Source: an uncultured Oscillospiraceae bacterium | GTDB taxonomy: Bacteria > Bacillota > Clostridia > Oscillospirales > Acutalibacteraceae | Length of the DNA stretch: 64,000 bases | Reading direction: 5' to 3' | Assembly: GCA_902489595.1 (NCBI GenBank) | Contig: CABUAS010000001.1 | Location: forward strand, 2,166-66,165 | In this document: positions 47,593 to 55,412 of the stretch, piece after piece | How positions within the stretch are numbered: the stretch's first letter is position 1 | Layout: every line of letters begins with the position of its first letter | Notes under the pieces: model-generated | Databases searched by the model: none | What the model was told of the DNA's origin: nothing | What the model saw: only the letters and a program-made list of their open reading frames with translations | Program-made: the position numbers and the translations under genes

Positions 47593-49781
47593 TTATGGTA
47601 TTAAAAGAATTTCAGTTAAATGCGGTAAAATCGTTGTTTGAAGCAATGGCAACCCCTGCTCGTGATATTATTCTCAAAAGCCCTACGGGTAGCGGTAAAA
47701 CCATTATTTTGACCTATTTTATGCACCAATACATACAGTCTTTCCCGAAAACCGTCTTTGTATGGCTTACGCCCGGCAAGGCAAACCTTGAAGAACAGAG
47801 CAAGGCGAAAATGGATAAGTATATCCACGCTTCGCAAACAAAACTGCTCTCCGATGTGATGACGGCGGGTTTTGAGGAAAATGACAGTTGCTTTATAAAT
47901 TGGGAGAAGCTGACGAAGAAAGGCAATAATGCCCTGAAAGACAGTGAACGCACCAACTTTTTAGAGCATATTCAACACGCCCTCAATGACGGTATTCGCT
48001 TTGTGATTATCGTGGACGAGAGCCACCAAAACAACACCATAAAAGCCGATGAAATTATACAGTATTTTCACACGGACAAGATTATCCGTTGCTCTGCTAC
48101 TCCGAAAGGCATAGCGAAAGCGGAAATCATTGATATTCCCGAAGAAGAGGTTATTGCGGCGGGACTTATCAAAAAAATGCTTGTTATTAACCAAGACTTT
48201 CCGCAGACCATTGAAACAGAAGATCAAACGGCTTTTCTGCTTGAAAAGGCACTCAAAAAGCAAAGGGAACTCCGTGCAGCATTTTTACAAAACGATACCG
48301 ATATTAACCCTTTAATCGTAATTCAGATCCCGAACAAATCTGAATCCTTGCAGGACGGTGTGGAACGTTACCTTGAAACGCAGGGGTTGACCTACGAGAA
48401 CGGACAACTTGCGGTATGGCTCTCCGACCAACACGAAAATTTGGAGGGTATTGACGAGCCTAACGCCACCACCTCTGCGGTCATTATAAAACAAGCGGTT
48501 GCTACGGGTTGGGATTGTCCGAGAGCACATATCCTTGTGAAACTTCGTGATAATATGGACGAAACCTTTGAGATACAAACGATAGGTCGTATTCGCCGTA
48601 TGCCCGAAGCAAAGCACTACCAAAGTGATCTGCTCGACAGTTGCTATCTTTACACCCTCGATGAAAAATTCACCGCAGGCGTAAAAATGGCTCTCGACAA
48701 GGGTGCATTAAACGCTTGTACTCTTTTTCTTAAAAACGAATATAAAGACATAACGCTCACAAGCGAACAGCGAACAATGGTTACAAGTACCCGTAATCCA
48801 CAAAAGGCATTACAAGCCATTGTTGCCTACGCTCAAAAGGAACTTGGCATTGGTACGGACAAGACGGAAAATCGGACACGTTTGCAGACCGCAGGCTATG
48901 AGTTGAGCGAAAACATTGTAAAGCATACCCTTTCGGGTGAAACTGCTACCCTTGATTTTGCGGCGGCAGATATGAACGCTATTGCGGTTACTGAAAAACT
49001 GAATACCCATACACACGGACGAGATTACCATCAAAAAGTCGGTAAAATCGGCTTGGAAATCGGTATGGAATATTCGTATATGAACACCATTATTCGCAAA
49101 CTGTTTGATAAAAACTTTAAGTACAGCCGTAAAATCCTTGCTTTAGAGCCGAGAGAGGTTTACGCCTTCGTAATAAACAACGCTGACAGACTTCGCCATT
49201 TAGTGCGTGAAGCTATGGCTTATGAATTGGCTCAAATGCAGTTTGAAATTCAGCAAAAATCTTATTACGAGTTCCGCATTCCGCAGTCTTGTTTATTCAC
49301 CTACAACGGCGAAGCGAAAACGCAGCTCGTAATGAAAAAGAACGTATATCAGAATTATCTCTCATCTGCCGCACCACGCTCTATGCCGGAGGTTAAATTT
49401 GAGAAATTCTGCGAGCGTTCCGACAGCATTGAATGGTGGTATAAAAACGGGGACAAGGGTAATGAGTATTTTTCTATCGTCTATACGGATAATTCCAATA
49501 GACAAAAGCTGTTCTACCCCGACTATATTATTTCCGTAAACGGCGAGTTGTGGATTATCGAAACAAAGGGCGGCTTTGACCGTAGCGGCAATAGCCAAGA
49601 TATAGACCTTTATACACCGAAGAAATTTGGTGTGTTAAAAGCCTATCTTGACGAACACGGATTAAAAGGCGGTATCGTCCGCAACGATGCAACAACCGAT
49701 GAACTGTGTATCTGTATGGATCACTATTCCGATGACATCGGTAGTGATGATTGGCAAGTGCTTGAAAGCGTATTGCCTTAA
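47589..49781 (+). CDS. res: type III restriction enzyme Res subunit (SF2 helicase + PD-(D/E)xK nuclease)
   Basis: [13 protein letters not shown] and QTIGRIRR helicase motifs. C-terminal [18 protein letters not shown] nuclease motif. Start overlaps the mod stop. Confidence 0.85.
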   Translation: MIMVLKEFQLNAVKSLFEAMATPARDIILKSPTGSGKTIILTYFMHQYIQSFPKTVFVWLTPGKANLEEQSKAKMDKYIHASQTKLLSDVMTAGFEENDSCFINWEKLTKKGNNALKDSERTNFLEHIQHALNDGIRFVIIVDESHQNNTIKADEIIQYFHTDKIIRCSATPKGIAKAEIIDIPEEEVIAAGLIKKMLVINQDFPQTIETEDQTAFLLEKALKKQRELRAAFLQNDTDINPLIVIQIPNKSESLQDGVERYLETQGLTYENGQLAVWLSDQHENLEGIDEPNATTSAVIIKQAVATGWDCPRAHILVKLRDNMDETFEIQTIGRIRRMPEAKHYQSDLLDSCYLYTLDEKFTAGVKMALDKGALNACTLFLKNEYKDITLTSEQRTMVTSTRNPQKALQAIVAYAQKELGIGTDKTENRTRLQTAGYELSENIVKHTLSGETATLDFAAADMNAIAVTEKLNTHTHGRDYHQKVGKIGLEIGMEYSYMNTIIRKLFDKNFKYSRKILALEPREVYAFVINNADRLRHLVREAMAYELAQMQFEIQQKSYYEFRIPQSCLFTYNGEAKTQLVMKKNVYQNYLSSAAPRSMPEVKFEKFCERSDSIEWWYKNGDKGNEYFSIVYTDNSNRQKLFYPDYIISVNGELWIIETKGGFDRSGNSQDIDLYTPKKFGVLKAYLDEHGLKGGIVRNDATTDELCICMDHYSDDIGSDDWQVLESVLP

Positions 49782-49822
49782 ATAGACGAAAACGGCAGGT
49801 GTCTATACTGCACCTGCCGTTA

Positions 49823-50080
49823 CTACTCTATTTCTTGGTCGAGGTTATCGAACTCTGCTGAGTCGAAAAAGTCTTTAAGGGACATATTAACCCCGTCACA
49901 AATGATTTTTATGGTTGCGATTTTAGGATTTTTGCTTTTGCCGTAAAGGATATTCTTTATCGAGGACGGCGGCAAGCCTGCGGCGGTTGCCAACGCATTT
50001 ATGGTTAAATCCTTTTCATCGCATATCTGCAATATTCTATTTTTAACCGCTTTGCATAGCGGTGAGCGTTGATCGGTCAT
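49823..50080 (-). CDS. XRE-family HTH transcriptional regulator
   Basis: Start at MTDQRSPL. HTH ICDEKDLTINALATAAGLPPSSIKNILYG. Confidence 0.8.
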   Translation of the reverse strand: MTDQRSPLCKAVKNRILQICDEKDLTINALATAAGLPPSSIKNILYGKSKNPKIATIKIICDGVNMSLKDFFDSAEFDNLDQEIE

Positions 50081-50194
50081 ACTGACTACCCCTATATACA
50101 CATTTTGCTATATATAGTGTAGTCAATTTTTTTGACGATTATAGGCTACGCATACTACTTTTAGGCTATACATAGCCTATTGGAGATGAACACA

Positions 50195-50626
50195 ATGGAG
50201 AAAACAGCGACTTTTATCGGACACGGCGAGTGTTGGGGTGTGGATAAAGAGAAAGTCCGTGCCGCCGCCGAAGAATTGATACAAAAAGGTGTCGAAACCT
50301 TCCTTTCGGGCGGTATGGGCGGCTTTGATTGGCTCGGTGCAAGGGTTGTATATGAGTTAAAGGAAAAGTACCCTCATATCAAAAATATCCTTGTAATTCC
50401 GTACCTTACCTTTAACGTGCGGAACAAAGACCTCTTTGACGAAATACTCTACCCCGATGGCTTTGAGAAATATCATTTTAAGGCGGCGATCCCGAAGCGT
50501 AACCGCTTTCTCGTAGATAACTCAAAATATGCAATCTGCTATGTTACACACGGCTGGGGCGGAGCTGCACAAACCTATGAATACGCAAAAAAGCACGGCT
50601 TGAACATTGTGGATATACGATGTTGA
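50195..50626 (+). CDS. SLOG-fold protein of the YpsA/DUF1273 type
   Basis: TFIGHG...FLSGGMGGFDWLGARVV...KRNRFLVDNS pattern resembles DUF1273 (from memory). Start chosen at MEKTATF with RBS GGAG. Confidence 0.6.
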   Translation: MEKTATFIGHGECWGVDKEKVRAAAEELIQKGVETFLSGGMGGFDWLGARVVYELKEKYPHIKNILVIPYLTFNVRNKDLFDEILYPDGFEKYHFKAAIPKRNRFLVDNSKYAICYVTHGWGGAAQTYEYAKKHGLNIVDIRC

Positions 50627-50809
50627 AAACAAGGTGATGTGTTTTGATTTAAGCACAGCCGAAATTTCTACCTATCGTCAAGCCAAAGACGAATAATTTT
50701 TAGCACTACCAAAGCGGCAGGGGGAGAAATCTCCCTGCCGTGATTTTCCTTATTTTGTGTTAAATTTTCAAAATCGAAACAAAATATAGTGTTTATTATG
50801 AAAAAAGAC

Positions 50810-50838
50810 TTGACTTTTTCGGTAAGATGGGTTATACT
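50810..50838 (+). promoter_or_regulatory. sigma-A promoter of the immR/immA-like operon
   Basis: TTGACT, 17 nt, TATACT, 50 nt upstream of the XRE gene. Confidence 0.6.
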
Positions 50839-50886
50839 TTTGGTAAGTCGGAGTAGAAGTTACTCCGCATATAAGGAGGAAATACT

Positions 50887-51198
50887 ATGAGTAAAGCATT
50901 TGGACAGAGGTTATTAAACCTATTACAAAAACAAGGTATAACACAAAAGGAGCTTGCTGATAGAATTAATACTACTGAAGCAACACTCTCTCGTTATGTT
51001 TCCGGCGACAGAGAGCCTAAAGCGGATATGCTCGCAAATATCGCTACTGCCCTTCACACTACATCGGATTATCTGCTCGGAATTGAGCCTGATGATTTTG
51101 ATTTCCCAAAGGTTGAGCGTCTATTAGCAAGAAACGCCGCAACAATGTCGGAAAAACAAAAACGAGCACTTATTTCTGCTTTGTTCGGGGAGGACTAA
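50887..51198 (+). CDS. XRE-family repressor (ImmR-like)
   Basis: HTH QKELADRINTTEATLSRYVSGDREP. Directly followed by the ImmA-type protease gene. Confidence 0.85.
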   Translation: MSKAFGQRLLNLLQKQGITQKELADRINTTEATLSRYVSGDREPKADMLANIATALHTTSDYLLGIEPDDFDFPKVERLLARNAATMSEKQKRALISALFGED

Positions 51199-51200
51199 TA

Positions 51201-51749
51201 TTGGCATTTAGATTATCAGACAAACGATGTGAAGAAATCAAAGAGATTGTAGTCAACACTTTCGAGGAACTTAATATCCGATGTATTCCTATAAGTGCCT
51301 TTGAAATGGCTACAAAACTCGGTGCGGTGGTTGTCCCTTATTCCTCAAAAACCGAAGAAACACGGCAACTTATGATGGAAAGAAGTGAGGACGGATTTAC
51401 CATCAAGAAAGATGGCGTGTGGTACATTTTTTATAATGATGCAAAGGGCTACGGACGTGTCAACAACACCCTCACCCACGAGTGTGGGCATATAGTGTTG
51501 GATCACACGGAAGAAAGCGAATTGGCAGAAGCCGAAGCGAAGTTTTTTGCAAAGTATGCTCTCGCACCGCCCGTCCTCATTCACAAATTAGAGTTAAAGG
51601 ATGCCTACGAGGTTTACGAGCATTTTGACATCAGCCTTGAAGCAGCAGGCTACGCCTTCTCTTACTATCGTAAATGGTTGACTTACGGCAATAAGGATTA
51701 TACCAATTACGAAATACGATTACTCCAGCTTTTTAAAGAAGCTGTGTAA
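51201..51749 (+). CDS. ImmA/IrrE-family metalloprotease (anti-repressor type)
   Basis: HExxH motif THECGHIVLDH. TTG start with RBS GGGGAGGA. Confidence 0.85.
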   Translation: MAFRLSDKRCEEIKEIVVNTFEELNIRCIPISAFEMATKLGAVVVPYSSKTEETRQLMMERSEDGFTIKKDGVWYIFYNDAKGYGRVNNTLTHECGHIVLDHTEESELAEAEAKFFAKYALAPPVLIHKLELKDAYEVYEHFDISLEAAGYAFSYYRKWLTYGNKDYTNYEIRLLQLFKEAV

Positions 51750-51781
51750 TAGTAAATTAAGAGAAAGGACGGTGATGTTAT

Positions 51782-51982
51782 ATGATTGTAAAGGTCGTAC
51801 AAATAGAAAAAGCACTCAGTAAATTGCGGCAACAATTTACAAAGTGCGTTCTCTTTGGATGCGAGCATCCGATATTCTGTTACAAGTATTATGCCACATC
51901 TGAAGAAAAATTGCAAGAACTATTGATGTTTTTACGAAAAAAATTTGCGATTTTCTGCAAAGAACAGATGAGGAGGGCATAA
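51782..51982 (+). CDS. hypothetical small protein (66 aa)
   Basis: ORF in operon context only. Confidence 0.35.
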   Translation: MIVKVVQIEKALSKLRQQFTKCVLFGCEHPIFCYKYYATSEEKLQELLMFLRKKFAIFCKEQMRRA

Positions 51983-51987
51983 TATAT

Positions 51988-52653
51988 ATGTCAAGAAAAA
52001 ATGGCACTCGAAGTGGGTGCAAAGATGTTTTTCACGCATTTTTAGTAAAAAATGCGAACTACGATAGTCCACTTGAAATCCCGTGCTTAAAAACAGAAAT
52101 GCGAAAGCCCAACAAGCTCATTGCGTTTTCAAAGGCGGTACACAGTACCGAATATGATGCTTGGGTGCATTTTTACGAGGACGATACCGCTTTTGAAAGA
52201 TTATGGAATAGACCTAACACCTATCTCCCTATCCTAAAGAAATTCAAAGGGGTTATATCTCCCGATTTTAGTGTCTATCGAGATATGCCGTTGGTAATGC
52301 AACAATGGAATATTTATCGTAGCCGTGCAATCGGTCATTGGTTGCAAGAAAACGGAATACCCGTCATCCCCAATATACGCTTTGGCGATGATCGTACATT
52401 TGAATTATCCTGTGCGGGTATAAAAAAGCACGGGGTAATCGCAGTAGGCTCTCACGGCTGCATAAGGCTACTGAGCGAACGCAAGTATTTTATAAACGGC
52501 TTAAAATATGTGGTTGACACATTAGAGCCAAAAACCATTGTGGTATATGGTGCTACACCGGACGAGGTTTTCGCACAGTATAAAGAAATGGGAATTGAAA
52601 TACTGCAATTCGACAGCGACTTTATGCAAAGTCGAAAGGCGGTGAGCGCTTAA
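51988..52653 (+). CDS. DUF4417-like protein
   Basis: The pattern VISPDFSVYRDMPLVMQQWNIYRSRAIGHWLQENGIPVIPN matches my recollection of DUF4417. RBS GAGGAGG. Confidence 0.55.
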   Translation: MSRKNGTRSGCKDVFHAFLVKNANYDSPLEIPCLKTEMRKPNKLIAFSKAVHSTEYDAWVHFYEDDTAFERLWNRPNTYLPILKKFKGVISPDFSVYRDMPLVMQQWNIYRSRAIGHWLQENGIPVIPNIRFGDDRTFELSCAGIKKHGVIAVGSHGCIRLLSERKYFINGLKYVVDTLEPKTIVVYGATPDEVFAQYKEMGIEILQFDSDFMQSRKAVSA

Positions 52654-53093
52654 TGGGTGCAGGCTTTCACGGTGGTTTTGGCGGCACTCACGGTGCAGGC
52701 GAAAACCACAAAGATTACATTGAAAATACTCTGCCCAAGAGTTCACCTATTAAAATTCCGTACTCTGCCACAGTAAAAGAAGAACAGAAAAACGGATACG
52801 ACCAAGTTAAATATACTTGGAAAAAGGGTGATTATTCTTATACAAGCCGTTGGCACACCCGCACACCTAATGCACCAAAAGAGCAAGGAAATTCGTGGGT
52901 TGTTGAGCGTAAAAAATCAGGTGTTGGTTACGGCAAAAATGCACGCCCAAAGCAAGAAGAAGTTTTGGTAGGAAAAAACAAGTGGATATCAAAGCAAGAT
53001 TGGAAAAATGCAATAATGGCACGTAAAAAAGGCACATTAACACAACAACAAAAGGAGTGGTTGGATAATGGACACTGGAAAGACAATAGATAA
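52653..53093 (+). CDS. basic, Gly-rich-N-terminus protein (toxin-like, unassigned)
   Basis: GAGFHGGFGGTHGAG then a K/R/W-rich domain (YTSRWHTRTPNAP). TAATG overlap with the upstream gene. Confidence 0.45.
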   Translation: MGAGFHGGFGGTHGAGENHKDYIENTLPKSSPIKIPYSATVKEEQKNGYDQVKYTWKKGDYSYTSRWHTRTPNAPKEQGNSWVVERKKSGVGYGKNARPKQEEVLVGKNKWISKQDWKNAIMARKKGTLTQQQKEWLDNGHWKDNR

Positions 53094-53451
53094 TTTCAAA
53101 TTCTATGAGGGATTTGAAGGTGAACCCGAAATTGTAATCAAAGCCGAAAACTCGGATATGCAAATCTTACATATATGGGATGGATACTTTGATGATATAT
53201 TGAGAGAACCCAAGCTTGACGGAAACGGGTGGCAAGGGTTTACAAGAGATTATCATCAATGCGAGGGTGCGTTCGGGGATGATTCCGAAGCAATCATAAC
53301 AGATATAAACGAATACCTCTCTGACCTAAAATCATACCAAAATCGTCATTTTGATTATGACGATACAAAAGAAGTGTATGATTTACTGTGTTCTTGGTTA
53401 GATAATGCAATAAAAAATGGGTTTGAAAGAATATCTATAAAAGTAGTCTAA
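53068..53451 (+). CDS. acidic small protein (immunity/antitoxin-like, unassigned)
   Basis: D/E-rich 127-aa ORF with RBS AAGGAG, overlapping the preceding gene by 26 nt. Confidence 0.45.
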   Translation: MDTGKTIDNFKFYEGFEGEPEIVIKAENSDMQILHIWDGYFDDILREPKLDGNGWQGFTRDYHQCEGAFGDDSEAIITDINEYLSDLKSYQNRHFDYDDTKEVYDLLCSWLDNAIKNGFERISIKVV

Positions 53452-53495
53452 TCTATTTCACGGCAGAGACTTGTTCTCTGCCGTGTTTTCATTTT

Positions 53496-53722
53496 GGCGG
53501 GTATTAGGGTGTTCCCTAACGAGTGGTATTTGGTAGTGTGACTACCCAAATACACTGCTCGCTAAGACGGGACGGCTTACGAGCAAAGCACCGTTTGTGG
53601 AAAACCTATCCACAAATGGTCTGCTCGCTAAGATAGTGCAGATTATTACCGCACGTGGCTTTTGGGAACAAAAGACGATGCTTGCTATGCTCATACCGCC
53701 AATGGCGGCAAAGCAAAAAAGA
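53496..53722 (+). ncRNA. candidate structured ncRNA, copy B
   Basis: Flanked by terminator hairpins (53460-53495 and 53723-53768). Internal hairpins TTAGGG-TGTT-CCCTAA, GGTAG-TGTGA-CTACC and CCGTTTGTGG...CCACAAATGG. The CTCGCTAAGA motif occurs twice. Confidence 0.35.
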
Positions 53723-53771
53723 AGGCACAACCAACGGATTTTCGTCCGAAGGCTGTGCCTTTTTCATTGTT

Positions 53772-53945
53772 CTATACGTATTTTACACGCACATTTTTGA
53801 GTTTTGACCGCATAATTTTTAGCAAAACTTCGTCAACGCCGTCCGTGTATTTACCCGCCGATATAAGCGCGTTTTTCTTTGCGATAAGGCTCTCAATTAT
53901 CAAATTTCTTTCTTCGGGGGTGATGTAAATGTAAAACTTTTTCAA
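53772..53945 (-). CDS. small ORF (57 aa, TTG start overlapping the tnpV stop)
   Basis: (M)KKFYIYITPEERNLIIESLIAKKNALISAGKYTDGVDEVLLKIM... found by hand translation. It is below the ORF-track cutoff and is followed by a hairpin terminator. Confidence 0.4.
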   Translation of the reverse strand: MKKFYIYITPEERNLIIESLIAKKNALISAGKYTDGVDEVLLKIMRSKLKNVRVKYV

Positions 53946-54310
53946 GCGTAAACCACCTCTGCGTTGACAATTTCGGTGGCTCGGTTACGGATATTGTTCA
54001 TCTTCTGCACCCACTCCATCGGTGCGGCGGCTTTCAATTTTTCCGTAACACCCTCGTTTTCAGCAAGGGATTTTACAATGTCCTCAAACATTCTCTCGGC
54101 TCGTTTGTCGAGATTGGAAAGGTGGCTTGTCAATTTGCAACTTGTCAGCAGATTGATGTAAAACACCTTCCTGTGCTGCTTAATGTAGCGTAGATGCCGC
54201 TGTCCCCATACCCCTATTTCCGTTTCTTCTTCGGTGGGCAAAACGAGGTTGGGTAGGTAGTAATCGCCCTGCTTTGTGTAAGTGCCGCCCATTTTTTCGT
54301 ACTGTGTCAT
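53942..54310 (-). CDS. tnpV: TnpV-like protein (Tn4451/Tn4453 family accessory protein)
   Basis: MTQYEKMGGTYTKQGDYYLPNLVLPTEEETEIGVWGQRHLRYIK...WVQKMNNIRNRATEIV matches the TnpV pattern. RBS GGAGG. Confidence 0.8.
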   Translation of the reverse strand: MTQYEKMGGTYTKQGDYYLPNLVLPTEEETEIGVWGQRHLRYIKQHRKVFYINLLTSCKLTSHLSNLDKRAERMFEDIVKSLAENEGVTEKLKAAAPMEWVQKMNNIRNRATEIVNAEVVYA

Positions 54311-54331
54311 TTTTTCTGACCTCCGTATAAT

Positions 54332-54508
54332 TTATTTTCCGATGCAACGTTCAGCGAACTGAAGCATTGCATAACAGAACTTTTCATACGGTGTCAATGA
54401 TGTATGTAACGGGTCACCCTCTTTAATTCTGAATGAACGCCTGATTTCCTTTGGAATAACAATTCTTCCGAGATCATCAATACGTCTTACAATTCCTGTT
54501 GCCTTCAT
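54332..54508 (-). pseudogene. spoVT: spoVT 5' segment (AbrB-type N-terminus, 33 codons) running into 24 element-encoded codons
   Basis: MKATGIVRRIDDLGRIVIPKEIRRSFRIKEGDP then LHTSLTPYEKFCYAMLQFAERCIGK-stop. RBS GGGAGA. Confidence 0.9.
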
Positions 54509-54674
54509 TGTAATTTCTCCCTTAAAATGTATTTTGCTCTGTAATATTTTGCACATTATTTACTGTAAAATACAAATTAAGTTGAGGAATTTTTAACCAA
54601 AATCAGCAAAAAACTTTATTTTAAATTACTCTTATGATAGAATATAAAAAATAAATGCACAAAGGATAATTTTA

Positions 54675-55334
54675 ATGAGTTATAAATATGAACTTCACTG
54701 CCACACAGGCTGTGTTTCACGGTGCGGCAGAGTGGAACCTGAAAGAATTGTTGAACTTTATAAACAGCACGGCTACAGCGGAATTGTTGTTACCGACCAT
54801 TACAGCCCGATGACCTTTACGCCGAACTGGTCGCCCGAAAAGCAGATTGATTTTTATCTTGAAGGCTACAGGCGTATGAAAAAGGCCGCAGGAAGTGATT
54901 TCACGGTACTTCTCGGTATGGAACTGCGTCATTATGCTTCTGCCGACGATTATCTGATTTACGGCGTTACGGAGGATTTTTTATATAATGCAGGCAATCT
55001 TATGATGTGCGGTGTGCCCAAAATGAAAAAATTCTGCGAAGAAAACGGATTTCTGCTTATGAATGCTCACCCGTTTCGCCCGTTTCGCACAAGATGCAAC
55101 CCGAAATACCTTGACGGTATAGAGGTATATAACGGAAAAACGCCTAAAAAAGAGAACGATAAAGCATTTGAATGGGCAAAGAAAAACAATAAAATTATGG
55201 TGTCGGGCTCTGATTTTCACACCGAAAAGCACACGGCAAGAGGCGGCATAATCACCAAAGAACCCATAAAAAGCAACAGCGATTTATTAACAATACTTAA
55301 AAAAGGCGATTTTACACTTGTAAAAACAGAATAA
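54675..55334 (+). CDS. PHP-domain metal-dependent phosphoesterase
   Basis: YELHCHT...VVTDH...NAHPF...GSDFH motifs. Confidence 0.8.
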   Translation: MSYKYELHCHTGCVSRCGRVEPERIVELYKQHGYSGIVVTDHYSPMTFTPNWSPEKQIDFYLEGYRRMKKAAGSDFTVLLGMELRHYASADDYLIYGVTEDFLYNAGNLMMCGVPKMKKFCEENGFLLMNAHPFRPFRTRCNPKYLDGIEVYNGKTPKKENDKAFEWAKKNNKIMVSGSDFHTEKHTARGGIITKEPIKSNSDLLTILKKGDFTLVKTE

Positions 55335-55412
55335 ATAATATATAATTTTAAATTCAAAATAATAAAATTTCCACTTATACAAGGGGCATAACACAAACTA
55401 AATGAGAGGACA

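Larger units (their letters stand above)
39171..54415. mobile_element. 15,245-bp integrative element inserted in spoVT (Tn4451-like recombination module; no phage structural or conjugation genes seen)
   Basis: Bounded by the shared core CGGGTC (39165-39170 and 54410-54415). Serine recombinase at one end, TnpV-like gene at the other. The ends form inverted repeats. Confidence 0.85.

Noticed and set aside
39171-54415. The element as a prophage or conjugative element
   Set aside because: I could see no capsid, portal, terminase, tail or lysis genes, and no relaxase, coupling protein or type IV secretion genes. It is better described as a small integrative (Tn4451-like or skin-like cryptic) element.
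54509-54560. Candidate sigma-G type -10 (CATTTTA) just upstream of the spoVT RBS
   Set aside because: It ends only about 14 nt before the ATG, so the transcript would start inside the RBS. I could not place a convincing -35, so promoter assignment is left to experiment.
54675-55334. PHP-domain protein as the missing CpsB tyrosine phosphatase of the capsule locus
   Set aside because: It lies 25 kb away on the other side of the element. Its motif pattern (YELHCHT...) and its length fit a generic PHP phosphoesterase rather than CpsB, so I have no evidence for the link.
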